The notes beneath the pieces are model-generated. The model was not told where the DNA came from. It did not search any database and saw nothing but the letters and a program-made list of their open reading frames with translations. A DNA stretch of 60,620 bases, counting the filler. It is 4 parts of 4 records of this genome, joined end to end, with 100 filler letters (N's around TTAATTAATTAA, not from the genome) between each part and the next. Parts side by side here need not be neighbours in the genome. Positions count along the whole stretch, not along the records: positions 19,476 to 35,243 come from SRR31156797_13266; positions 35,344 to 50,077 come from SRR31156797_13287; 2 more parts are not named here. One strand, written 5' to 3'. Shown here piece after piece: positions 30,924 through 40,315 of this stretch (its first letter is position 1; the number at the start of each line of letters is the position of its first letter). Made by a program: the position numbers and the translations under genes.

Positions 30924-33692
30924 TCACTCCTTGTTCCGATGCTCATCCCCGGCCTCAGACCGGGACCCAAGTCTCCAGCCCCATCTCTCCACCACCAGCG
31001 CCAGGACGGCCGGATAGAAGCAGACCGAATAGATAAAGGCCAGGGCCATGGCCAGGGTCAGTACGATTCCGGTGCTCCTCATGGCCCTCATCACCGAGGG
31101 GATGAAGGAGGCGAAACCGATCATGGTGGTTATGGTGGTCAGGGCCACGGCCGTTCCCGTTCCCGCCAGGGTCCGCTTCATCCCTCCGGGCCCTTCAAGA
31201 CGGTAGCGGTGGCCTATGTGGACCGCGTCGTCGATCCCTATCCCCACCAGCAGGGGGATGGAGATTATATTGACGAAGTCCAGTCTGATATCCAGGATTC
31301 CCATAATCCCGTAGAGAGACAGAAAGGCCATCAGCAGGGGCAGATAGGTCAGGAAGGTGAGCTTCAGGTTTCTGAAGTCCCCCAGAAGGATAATGAAAAC
31401 CACCAGCAGGGCCGCCGCGACAGCGCGGCGTCCGTCGCTTTCGGCGATGGCCACGAGCTGGTCCGCCGCCAGGATCATCCCCGTGCCGCCGTCGGTCACC
31501 GTGGCCACCTGGGCGGTGAAAATATTCCGATAGCGCCCCTCCCAGGGATTCATCCGGGGATTGATGGTCATCAGGGTGGTATCGTCCTTCTTAGAGAAGA
31601 AGCTGTTGCGAATCATATCGGGCAGATCCTCTCTGGATATCGAGCTCGTACCGGCCATATCGGAGACCTTCCGCTTCAGGACCGGCGAAAAGAGGGCCTG
31701 GAAATCCGTGAGGGCGTCGCCCTCATAATCTCCCGTCTCCAGGCGGTCGAACAGGCTGTCGAATGCCGAATCCCGAACCTTCGCACCGTCATTGTCCAGG
31801 CCGGTGGCCCTGTTGAGAACGAAGGCCAGGCGATCGCTGCCCCCCAGCACGGCCAGGTCTCCCAACTCCACCAGATTGGCTTCCAGCCGGTAGAGCTCTT
31901 CCAGCAGCAGCTCCCCGTCGGGATCGTCCACCGCCCCCCGGGAGTCCAGCCGTTCTCTGATCTCTTCCAGATAGGGCAGACGCCGTCGCCGCTGCTCCTC
32001 CGTCGGAAGCCACTGGGTCACCGCATTGACCGACTTCACAGAGTCCAGATCCTCCAAGGCCTCCACCATGTCAGGCAGCTCATCACTGTCATCGCTGAGA
32101 AAAAAGAGCACATCCGGAGCGAAGCCGAACTCGTCGGTCATAACATCCTGCAGCTCAACCGATTCCAGCCCCTCCGCCTCCATATTCATCAGATTGTCTT
32201 CCAGTTCCACCCTGTGGGCCTGGGTCCCCAGAGCCAGTCCGACGGCCAGAAGGACGGCCAGCCACAGCACGGGTTTTCCGGTCACCCGGCTTCCCAGGCC
32301 CCCCGCGAAGTCGGAGCGCACCCGCCTGTGTCTGCTGAGCATGGGATCGTCCTTGCCCCTTCTCTCCAGCCACTTCTGTCTCACTCCCAGGATGCCGGGG
32401 ATCAGAAGCAGCATGGCCGCCAGCTCGCAGAGGATGCCCGTTCCGGCGACCACCGCCAGCTCCCTGACCATCTCGCTCTCGGCCAGAAGCAGGGCGTAGA
32501 AGGCCGCCGCCGTGGTCAGGGCGCCGGTCACGATCCCCCGACCGCTCTTCAGAAAGGCCTCTTCCAGAGCGGGCAGGAAATCCGATCCCCCGTCCCTCTC
32601 CTGTACGTAAGAGGTCATCAGATGGATGGCGTAGTCCACCCCCAGCCCCACCAAAGCCACCATATACATGGCGGTCATGATATTCAGGCGGTGCAGGATA
32701 AAGCCGGTCATGCCGGTGGTCCAGAGTATCCCCAGGACCAGGGGAAGGCCTATGATCAGGGGGGTCGTCCTTATACGGAAAACGATCACCATCAGGATCA
32801 GGATCAGGACCATGGCGATAAGCATGGAGAGGGCCAGCCCTTGTTCGGAGGTCACCATCTCGTCCCGGCCCACGACAACCATCCCCGTGACTCCGGCCTT
32901 CAGCCCCCGGGCGGCGGCCACCGACTTCACCCCCTCCTCCAGACGGTTCACACCGGGAACCAGGGCCCCGATATCGTTAACCGTAAAGCGGGGATTGAGA
33001 AACAGGATGGCCATGTCCTCATTCCGGCTCAGATAATAGCTTTCCCCTACCAGATAGCGGTCAAGGGAGTTCTCTATACCGTCCCTCCGGGGCAGCTGCC
33101 CTTCCAGAGCGTCCGAGAGATCTCCCAGTATCCGTTCCACGCCGCCGACCCAGGCGACCAGCTGGGCCTCGTCGTCATCCATGGCCTCGCCGTCTCCGGA
33201 GTACTCCCTCTCCAGATCGTCGTTCAGAGCCCTGAGGAAGGGAACAAGGCCGGGATCGGCATACATATCACGCATCCTCTTCAGGTCCTTCTCTTTGGTC
33301 AGCAGAAAGCCGTGCTCCTTCAGAAAATTCTCGTCCACCTTGCTGTAGATTCCGTCCAGAATGTCATCGTATGAGGGATCGGAAAACTCCGCGTTCATGG
33401 CGTCGACGGCCCGCTTTACAGCCTCCTCGGCCTCTCCATCCGGCAGCTCCCGCCCGTCCACGACCACGACGATGGAAGACGAGAAGGGGTAATCGGCGGT
33501 GATCTTCTTCAGATCCCGTACCTGCCGCGTATTCTGGGGCATCATGGAGAAGAAGGTCATCTCCATCTCCACCCTGGACGCGCCGATGAGCATAACCAGG
33601 GTGATCAGAAGCACCAGCAGCGCCACCCGCCCGGGATGGGAACCGGCCCACAGGGCCCATCGGCCCAGATATCTGCCTTCGATTCTATTCAT
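30924..33692 (-). CDS. MMPL/RND family transporter
   Basis: Two TM repeats with GLGVDYAIH and GIGIDDAVH, and large periplasmic loops. Confidence 0.9.
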   Translation of the reverse strand: MNRIEGRYLGRWALWAGSHPGRVALLVLLITLVMLIGASRVEMEMTFFSMMPQNTRQVRDLKKITADYPFSSSIVVVVDGRELPDGEAEEAVKRAVDAMNAEFSDPSYDDILDGIYSKVDENFLKEHGFLLTKEKDLKRMRDMYADPGLVPFLRALNDDLEREYSGDGEAMDDDEAQLVAWVGGVERILGDLSDALEGQLPRRDGIENSLDRYLVGESYYLSRNEDMAILFLNPRFTVNDIGALVPGVNRLEEGVKSVAAARGLKAGVTGMVVVGRDEMVTSEQGLALSMLIAMVLILILMVIVFRIRTTPLIIGLPLVLGILWTTGMTGFILHRLNIMTAMYMVALVGLGVDYAIHLMTSYVQERDGGSDFLPALEEAFLKSGRGIVTGALTTAAAFYALLLAESEMVRELAVVAGTGILCELAAMLLLIPGILGVRQKWLERRGKDDPMLSRHRRVRSDFAGGLGSRVTGKPVLWLAVLLAVGLALGTQAHRVELEDNLMNMEAEGLESVELQDVMTDEFGFAPDVLFFLSDDSDELPDMVEALEDLDSVKSVNAVTQWLPTEEQRRRRLPYLEEIRERLDSRGAVDDPDGELLLEELYRLEANLVELGDLAVLGGSDRLAFVLNRATGLDNDGAKVRDSAFDSLFDRLETGDYEGDALTDFQALFSPVLKRKVSDMAGTSSISREDLPDMIRNSFFSKKDDTTLMTINPRMNPWEGRYRNIFTAQVATVTDGGTGMILAADQLVAIAESDGRRAVAAALLVVFIILLGDFRNLKLTFLTYLPLLMAFLSLYGIMGILDIRLDFVNIISIPLLVGIGIDDAVHIGHRYRLEGPGGMKRTLAGTGTAVALTTITTMIGFASFIPSVMRAMRSTGIVLTLAMALAFIYSVCFYPAVLALVVERWGWRLGSRSEAGDEHRNKE

Positions 33693-34329
33693 TCTCACCC
33701 TCCCCGCCTTCGTCTTTTTCGGGAGCGATCGCCGCCCAGATAGAGTCGCAGACCCTGGGCCCGAGCTCCAGATAGTCCTTTCTCCGGGTGAATCCGCTCA
33801 ACAGGATGGCGCCCTCGTAAAAAGCGGTCACCTCATAGGCCACTGCCTCCGTATCCGTATCCCGACCGATCTCCCCCCTGACCACGGCGGCGTTCAGAAG
33901 ATCCGTCAGGCTCCCGCGAAAGCCGTCGTAGATCCGGGCTACCTTCTTTTGGAATTCGGGGAATTTACGGATGGCCAGGACCAGCAGATAAAGGAGATTG
34001 ACATAGTCATCCAGCATGTCGTCGAGCCCCATTATCCGGCTGACCCTTCCAATGAGCTCGGGCATACGGAAAAGGTTGTCCAGGATCGTTTTGACAGGGA
34101 GCTCCCTGATCAGGAAGTCATCGGTCAACGCCCCCATGATGTCTTCCATCAGATGGTTCACCGCTCCCAGGAAAAGCTCGTCCTTCCCTCCCTTGAAGTG
34201 ATGATAGATGGCTCCCTTGGTCACTCCCAGGGCCCTGGCGATATCGTTGAGAGAGGATTTCTCATAATCGTGGAGGATAAAGAACCTGAGGGCTTCCTTC
34301 TGCAACTCTTCTCTGGATGTCTTGCTCAT
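33685..34329 (-). CDS. TetR/AcrR family regulator
   Basis: SLNDIARALGVTKGAIYHHF HTH. Confidence 0.93.
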   Translation of the reverse strand: MSKTSREELQKEALRFFILHDYEKSSLNDIARALGVTKGAIYHHFKGGKDELFLGAVNHLMEDIMGALTDDFLIRELPVKTILDNLFRMPELIGRVSRIMGLDDMLDDYVNLLYLLVLAIRKFPEFQKKVARIYDGFRGSLTDLLNAAVVRGEIGRDTDTEAVAYEVTAFYEGAILLSGFTRRKDYLELGPRVCDSIWAAIAPEKDEGGEGENE

Positions 34330-34336
34330 TCCTAAA

Positions 34337-34394
34337 ACCTACCTTTGGTATGTTTTTACATACCTATGGTATGTTTATAAACATCACAAGTCAA
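34337..34394 (-). promoter_or_regulatory. tetR operon promoter with two tandem operators
   Basis: Minus strand TTGACT-17-TACCAT; palindromes ACCTACC-TTT-GGTATGT (34337-34353) and ACATACC-TAT-GGTATGT (34358-34374). Confidence 0.75.
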
Positions 34395-34582
34395 TGCCGC
34401 AAAGGGGCAAATAGGGAAATCGGGTACAAAAATTATCCGGAACGGCCTTGGGCTCAGCTTTAGACAGGGGGATTCTCTACGGTTTCCTGCCAACGATTCT
34501 CCCCGATGCCACCAGGGATGGGGGGTGGTCCTCACTGCGGACACCACGAAAGATAAAATAACACAAGTTTTTTATTAGCGCC

Positions 34583-34609
34583 TTAAGTTCTTACGAGGCG
34601 GCCCGATAT
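34583..34609 (+). promoter_or_regulatory. putative sigma28 (FliA) promoter of flagellin
   Basis: TTAA-15 bp-CCCGATAT upstream of flaB. Confidence 0.55.
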
Positions 34610-34695
34610 ATCGGCAGCATTCAGAATAGCTTTAATTAATATTAAATTTTATGGGATCCGCCCCCGATACAGAAAATGTCGGGCAAGTTTCCGGC

Positions 34696-34733
34696 CAGGC
34701 AAGGATGCCTGAAATGTAATAACCCATGGAGGG
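34696..34733 (+). promoter_or_regulatory. CsrA-binding sites in the flagellin leader
   Basis: CAGGCA-AGGA-TGCCTG hairpin with GGA in the loop, plus ATGGA overlapping the RBS. Confidence 0.65.
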
Positions 34734-34739
34734 AATTTA

Positions 34740-35243
34740 ATGATAATCAATCACAACATGAGCGCTATTAACTCTCAGAGGACACTGAACATCGCGCAGA
34801 CCAACTCGGCCAGCAACATGTCGAAGCTGTCCTCCGGTATGAGAATCAACAAGGCCGGAGACGATGCCTCCGGTCTGGCCGTTTCCGAGAAAATGAGATC
34901 CCAGATCCGCGGTCTGAACCAGGCTTCCCGGAACGCCGCCGACGGTATCTCTTTTATCCAGACAACCGAAGGTTTTCTGCAGGAGACCACCGATATCATC
35001 CAGAGAGTTCGTGAGCTGGCGGTTCAGTCTTCCAACGGCATCTACACGTCCGAAGACAGAATGCAGATCCAGGTAGAGGTTTCCCAGCTGGTGGACGAGC
35101 TGGACAGAGTCGCTTCCCACGCTCAGTTCAACGGTATGAACATGCTTACCGGTCGCTTCGCAGCAGACAACGGCAACAACACCGTAACCGCCTCCATGTG
35201 GTTCCACATCGGTGCCAACATGGACCAGAGAGAGCAGGTGAAC
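34740..35243 (+). CDS. flaB: periplasmic flagellar core flagellin FlaB, truncated at contig end
   Basis: [39 protein letters not shown] and the spirochaete-type [13 protein letters not shown]. Confidence 0.95.
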
Positions 35244-35343
35244 NNNNNNNNNNNNNNNNNNNNNNNNNNNNNNNNNNNNNNNNNNNNTTAATTAATTAAN
35301 NNNNNNNNNNNNNNNNNNNNNNNNNNNNNNNNNNNNNNNNNNN
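35244..35343. other. artificial contig linker
   Basis: N run with TTAATTAATTAA. Confidence 0.98.
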
Positions 35344-35653
35344 CGGCGCGCAATTGGTAACCGCCAGAATCCTAAGCGGAGAAGCGGAACGCGGAATCAT
35401 GAGCTGTGGATCGGGGATCGGGGCGCATATGGCCGCCAACAAGGTCCCGGGAATCCGCGCCGCCCTCGTGCATGACATCCTGACGGCGCGGGAGTGTGTC
35501 GAACAACTGGACGCCTCGGTGATGTGTTTCGGCGGCGAAATCATCGGCGAGACAATGGTCTACACATTGGCCCAACGGTTTTTGCAGGCTCGTTTTAAAG
35601 ACGACGCGACATCCAAAGCCCTGGTCGCAAAAATCGAGGGGCTGGACCCATGA
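35344..35653 (+). CDS. RpiB/LacAB family sugar-phosphate isomerase, 5' truncated
   Basis: RGIMSCGSGIG..MAANKVPGIRAA. Confidence 0.85.
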
Positions 35654-36102
35654 TCGTTGTCATCGGCGCAAGTCACCCCGAATTGGAGCTGAAGGCAACG
35701 GTCATCGCCTTTATCGAGGAACGGGGACACACCGCGCTGGATGTCGGTTGCATGGATACGGACGATATGGATTTCGTTGCCGTCGTCAAAGCCTTGGCCG
35801 CCAAAGTCAAAACCGGCGAAGCGAACCGTGGAATTCTGATCGGCGCAACCGGTGCGGCAGAGGCGATGGCTGCAAATAAAATCCCACAAATTCGAGCCGC
35901 CGTTTGCCATGACATCCAATGCGCCCATCAAAGTGTCGAGCATGACGACGCCAACGTTATGGTTCTGGGGGCCGCGGTGATCGGATCTTGGGTGGCCAAG
36001 GACCTAGTCCATTCGTTCTTGGATGCGTCGTTCTTTGGAACGAATGCCTTCAAAAGCCGCTTGGTGCAACTCGCTGAAATGGAAGCGGCGTGGTCTGACT
36101 GA
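35650..36102 (+). CDS. second RpiB/LacAB family protein with a degenerate active site
   Basis: RGILIGATG..AMAANKIPQIRAA..HD...AHQSVEHDDANV; ATGA overlap. Confidence 0.85.
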   Translation: MIVVIGASHPELELKATVIAFIEERGHTALDVGCMDTDDMDFVAVVKALAAKVKTGEANRGILIGATGAAEAMAANKIPQIRAAVCHDIQCAHQSVEHDDANVMVLGAAVIGSWVAKDLVHSFLDASFFGTNAFKSRLVQLAEMEAAWSD

Positions 36103-36138
36103 TCGCAAGCCGCTGAATAATCAAAGGGGAAATTTGCT

Positions 36139-37023
36139 ATGAAAGCCGGATTTATCGGACTTGGCGTTATGGGACACGGCATGGCGCTCAATCTCATCAA
36201 GGCCGGTCATGCGTTATCGGTGTGCGATCTCGATTCTGAAAAGGTCAAAATTCTGGTCGACGCCGGAGCACGCGACGGCGGAACGCCATCCGGCGTGGCG
36301 GACGGTGCCGAGGTGGTCGTGATATCGGCGCCCGATACGGCCGATGTCGAGGCCATCTTGTTCGGTGCCGACGGCATCGCGGCCGTTGCCAAGGCCGGTG
36401 CGGTCGTTATCGATTGCAGTTCGATCTCGGCGACGGCGACCCGGGAATTCGCGACACGACTCGCCGAATCCGGGATCGACCTGTTGGACGCGCCGGTCAG
36501 CGGCGGCGCCAAGGGGGCTGCCGACGGCACGCTGTCGATGATGATCGGCGGCGACGCGGCCGCCATCGAACGGGCCCGTCCGGTGCTCGAAGCCATGGGC
36601 AAGAAGCTGAAACATATCGGCCCCAGCGGCGCCGGACAGGTCGCCAAGGCCTGCAATCAGCTGGTCATCGCCGGCACCATGATGGCCTGCGCCGAGATGG
36701 TCGCCCTGTGCCGCAAGATGGAGATCGATCCGGCGCCGGTGCGCGAGGCCCTGCTGGAAGGCGCCGCCCGAAGCTTCGTCCTGGAAAACCATGCGCAAAA
36801 AATGATCGACGAGAACTTCGCGCCGGGTTTCCGGGCCCGGTTGATGTTGAAGGACCTGAAATTGGCGACGACGGCGGCAAGCAACGTCGGCGGCTTCATG
36901 CCGATGACCGGGCTGGTCGCACAGATGATGCAAGCGGTTTGCAACAGCGGCCGGGCCGATCTCGATCATTCATCGTTGGGTGCCCTGGTCCAGGACATGT
37001 GGACGGAAGGCGACGAGACCTGA
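36139..37023 (+). CDS. NAD(P)-dependent beta-hydroxyacid dehydrogenase (GarR/GlxR-like)
   Basis: GFIGLGVMG, DAPVSGG, GQVAKACNQ and FAPGF...MLKDL motifs. Confidence 0.88.
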   Translation: MKAGFIGLGVMGHGMALNLIKAGHALSVCDLDSEKVKILVDAGARDGGTPSGVADGAEVVVISAPDTADVEAILFGADGIAAVAKAGAVVIDCSSISATATREFATRLAESGIDLLDAPVSGGAKGAADGTLSMMIGGDAAAIERARPVLEAMGKKLKHIGPSGAGQVAKACNQLVIAGTMMACAEMVALCRKMEIDPAPVREALLEGAARSFVLENHAQKMIDENFAPGFRARLMLKDLKLATTAASNVGGFMPMTGLVAQMMQAVCNSGRADLDHSSLGALVQDMWTEGDET

Positions 37024-37073
37024 GCCTTTTTCCCGAACCCGTACCCGCCCCCCGTTTTGGTTTCTGATCGCGC

Positions 37074-38801
37074 CTAGTGGATTTCGGGTTCGGGAACCTC
37101 ATCCTCGTTGAATTCGAGATAGTCGAAATCGCAGCCGTCGTTGGCCTGGGTCACGTGCTCGATGAACATCTTCGTATAACCGCGCGCAAACGTGTTCCTG
37201 GGCGGGACCCATTCGGCCCGGCGGCGTTCGATTTCCTGTTCCGGAACCTTCAGTTCAAGACGCCGTTCATGGACGTCGATTTCGATGATGTCGCCGTTTT
37301 CGACCAGGGCCAGCGGTCCGCCGACGAAGCTTTCCGGGGCGATATGAAGGACGCAGGCGCCGTAGCTGGTTCCGCTCATGCGGCAATCCGACAGCCGCAG
37401 CATGTCGCGCACACCCTGTTCCAGCAGCTTCTTCGGTATCGGCAGCATGCCCCATTCCGGCATGCCGGGGCCGCCCTTCGGGCCGGTGTTACGAAGCACC
37501 ATGACGTGATCGGGCGTAATGTCGGTGTCGTCGCGGTCGATGGTCGCTATCATCTCGTCGTAGCTGTCGAAGACGACGGCCGGCCCGGAATGCTTGAGGA
37601 ACTTCGGATCGCAGGCGGCGCCTTTCATGACGGCGCCGTCCGGGGCCAGGTTTCCGTACAGCACCGAGGTGCCGCCTTCGGCATAGATCGGGTTGTCGAG
37701 CGGGCGGATGACATCGTCGTCGTAAACTTGCGCGCCTTCGATGTTGTCGCCCAGGGTTTTGCCGTTGACGGTGGCACAATCCAGATGGAGGGAATCGCGG
37801 ATCACGTTCAGTGCGCCGCGAACGCCACCGGCGTAGTACCAGTCCTCGGCCAGATACTTGCCGGCCGGCCGCAGGTTCAGAATGACCGGCACCTTGGCGG
37901 CGGCGGCGTGGAAGTCTTCAAGCTGCAGGTTGACGCCGCACCGCCTGGCCATGGCGACCAAATGCACGAAGGCGTTGGTCGAACCGCCGAACGCCATCAG
38001 GGCGGCACAGGCGTTTTCGAATGCCTGTTTTGTCATCAGATCGCGCGGTTTGATATCCTGCCAGACCATTTCGACGATGCGACGGCCACAGCCGCTGGCC
38101 ATGCGATTGTGGTTCGAATCGACGGCCGGGATGGTCGACGACCCAGGAAGTGCCATGCCCAGCACTTCGCCGATCGTCGTCATCGTCATGCCGGTTCCCA
38201 TCGTCATGCACAGGCCCGGCGACCGGGCAATGCCTTCCTCGATCTCGCGCCAGTCGCATTCGGTGATGTTGCCGGCTCGAAGCTCGGCCCAGTATTTCCA
38301 GGTGTCGCTGCCGCTTCCAAGCGTCTCGCCCCGCCAGTTGCCGCGCAGCATCGGCCCGGCCGGCATGAAGATGGTCGGCAGATTCATGCTGGCGGCGCCC
38401 ATGAACAGGCCCGGGGTCGTCTTGTCGCACCCGCCCATCAGGACCGCACCGTCGAACGGATGATGGCGCAGGATCTGTTCGACTTCGATCGCCAGCAGGT
38501 TGCGATGGAGCATCGGGGTCGGCCGCTCGAAGGCCTCGGCGAGGGTCGAGGCCGGCATCTCGATCGGTATTCCTCCGGCCTGCCAGACGCCGCGTTTCAC
38601 CTCTTCGGCGCGATCCCGGAAATGGGTATGGCAGCAGTTCATTTCACTCCAGGTATTGATGATCGCGATGACCGGCTTGCCCATGAATTCTTCACGGTCG
38701 TAACCCATTTGCAGCATGCGCGACCGATGGCCGAACGCCCGCAGGTCGTTCACCCCGAACCATCGGTGGCTGCGCAAGGATTCGGGTTTTCTTTTGGTCA
38801 T
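37074..38801 (-). CDS. IlvD/Edd family sugar-acid dehydratase (L-arabinonate dehydratase-like)
   Basis: GCDKTTP, GLCMTMGT, GGSTNA, GPKGGPGMPEWG and SDCRMSGTSYG motifs. Confidence 0.88.
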   Translation of the reverse strand: MTKRKPESLRSHRWFGVNDLRAFGHRSRMLQMGYDREEFMGKPVIAIINTWSEMNCCHTHFRDRAEEVKRGVWQAGGIPIEMPASTLAEAFERPTPMLHRNLLAIEVEQILRHHPFDGAVLMGGCDKTTPGLFMGAASMNLPTIFMPAGPMLRGNWRGETLGSGSDTWKYWAELRAGNITECDWREIEEGIARSPGLCMTMGTGMTMTTIGEVLGMALPGSSTIPAVDSNHNRMASGCGRRIVEMVWQDIKPRDLMTKQAFENACAALMAFGGSTNAFVHLVAMARRCGVNLQLEDFHAAAAKVPVILNLRPAGKYLAEDWYYAGGVRGALNVIRDSLHLDCATVNGKTLGDNIEGAQVYDDDVIRPLDNPIYAEGGTSVLYGNLAPDGAVMKGAACDPKFLKHSGPAVVFDSYDEMIATIDRDDTDITPDHVMVLRNTGPKGGPGMPEWGMLPIPKKLLEQGVRDMLRLSDCRMSGTSYGACVLHIAPESFVGGPLALVENGDIIEIDVHERRLELKVPEQEIERRRAEWVPPRNTFARGYTKMFIEHVTQANDGCDFDYLEFNEDEVPEPEIH

Positions 38802-38933
38802 TTATGGCTCCGTTATCTTGTAGTTGTCTTGCCGAGGTACGGGTCGGCCGCGCGCGAAGGCCGGGCGTTTTGGGTCGAAGGTCCATCCTTGGACCAAGAA
38901 CCGTTGTCGCGCTCGGTCAGGCCGCAATCGGCG

Positions 38934-40247
38934 TTAAATGATCGTCGGCCATGGGACCATGTCCCCGGCTTCGTTGAACTGGATGGGTTGTGGCGTGCTT
39001 CGAACCTGTACGTCGTCCTGGTCGGACAAGTCCGGCAGATACGCCTCCGATATCCAGATATCCTCCAAATCCTTGGTGTTCTTGATGTGGACGATGCGGG
39101 CGCCGCCCGGCGAAGCGAGGCGCGCCGTACGGAGCGCAAAGGCCAGCGCGCTTCGATCATTTTCGGCGATCATCGGGATTTTCGCCGGCAATAACGCAAG
39201 GGCGGTCAGCGCATTCGTATAGGTGACGGCGAGGTCGATCTTGTCGGCACACCGCTTGGTGACGAAGTCGGCCATACCGAGCCCCATGGAACTTCCGGCG
39301 GTCGCCTCGGTCAGGTCGCGCACGATGATCCGCTGGATGGGGGGCACGTCGAAACCGGGCAATCCCCAAGCAGAGCGACCGGTTACGTTAGAGTCCATTC
39401 CGCCGCCGCTTATATCCTTGCCGATTTCGTCGACGATCAGGACGTCGATGTCCGGCACAAGTAGTCGCCCCATGATCGCTTTCGCATGCCGGAGAAGATC
39501 GCTTTCACGCTCCATGATGCGATCGGGCCCGATGCCTTCTATCGCGGCGACTTGGCCATAGGCGTTCTCGACCAGCCCGACGCCGAACAGAATCGGCGCT
39601 TTTGCAAGGAACACCCGCCCGGCGGCAGGAATGGCTTGATCGAAATGATCGAAGCCAAGCTGATGAAAAACCGTCGCGCCCTTATGCTTGCCAAGCCCGA
39701 TCACCATCATCTTGGCGAGGCCGCTTTCGTATTTGCCCTTGAATGCGGTATGTGCCTTGATGCGATTGCAGACCACGATGCCGTCGGACTGGAAGGCCAA
39801 TTTGTCGCAAAAGACGCGAGCCCCGCCAGCGATGGATCCCAGTTCGACGACTTCCATGCTGGATCGAATCGGCGCACCGACGGCGCCTTCGGTTATGCCC
39901 AGCTTTTCCAACACCGCGATCTGACCTTCGGCGGTGCCGCCGCCGTGGCTGCCCATTGCCGGCACCAGGAACGGTTCAGCCCCCATTTTCCTAAGTTCCG
40001 AAACGATCGCGCACAGGGTCTCAACCATGCCTTTGATGCCGCGGCTGCCGGCGGTAATCGCGATTTTCTTTTGGTGAAAATCGAGCCCGGAAAATTGCGA
40101 CAGTTGCTGGCACACAGCTTCTTCGATATCGGCCACATGATTGTCCGCGAAGTGTTGGCGAACCGGCATCATTGGCGGCAGGTCTACCTGCAATCCGCCG
40201 GCGATTGTCGGTGCGATATTGCTGATATCAAGGCTATTCGTAGACAT
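38934..40247 (-). CDS. LarA/DUF2088-superfamily protein (putative nickel-pincer-dependent isomerase)
   Basis: AITAGSRGI, PAMGSHGG, NRIKAHTAF, ESGLAKMMVIGLGK and IGKDISGGGMD, a motif set I associate with lactate-racemase-domain proteins. Confidence 0.65.
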   Translation of the reverse strand: MSTNSLDISNIAPTIAGGLQVDLPPMMPVRQHFADNHVADIEEAVCQQLSQFSGLDFHQKKIAITAGSRGIKGMVETLCAIVSELRKMGAEPFLVPAMGSHGGGTAEGQIAVLEKLGITEGAVGAPIRSSMEVVELGSIAGGARVFCDKLAFQSDGIVVCNRIKAHTAFKGKYESGLAKMMVIGLGKHKGATVFHQLGFDHFDQAIPAAGRVFLAKAPILFGVGLVENAYGQVAAIEGIGPDRIMERESDLLRHAKAIMGRLLVPDIDVLIVDEIGKDISGGGMDSNVTGRSAWGLPGFDVPPIQRIIVRDLTEATAGSSMGLGMADFVTKRCADKIDLAVTYTNALTALALLPAKIPMIAENDRSALAFALRTARLASPGGARIVHIKNTKDLEDIWISEAYLPDLSDQDDVQVRSTPQPIQFNEAGDMVPWPTII

Positions 40248-40315
40248 GGCGCCCACTTTCCTTCAGCAAGCGGCGGTGGCGGCGATGGCGCCGCGGGAAA
40301 TCACGGGGCATGCCG

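Noticed and set aside
30939-33374. 811-aa plus-strand ORF
   Set aside because: Antisense shadow of the MMPL gene; His/Gln/Gly-rich composition typical of reversed high-GC codons.
37077-39194. 705-aa plus-strand ORF, and similarly 46542..47888 and 47870..49048
   Set aside because: Antisense shadows of clearly identifiable genes, with no motifs of their own.
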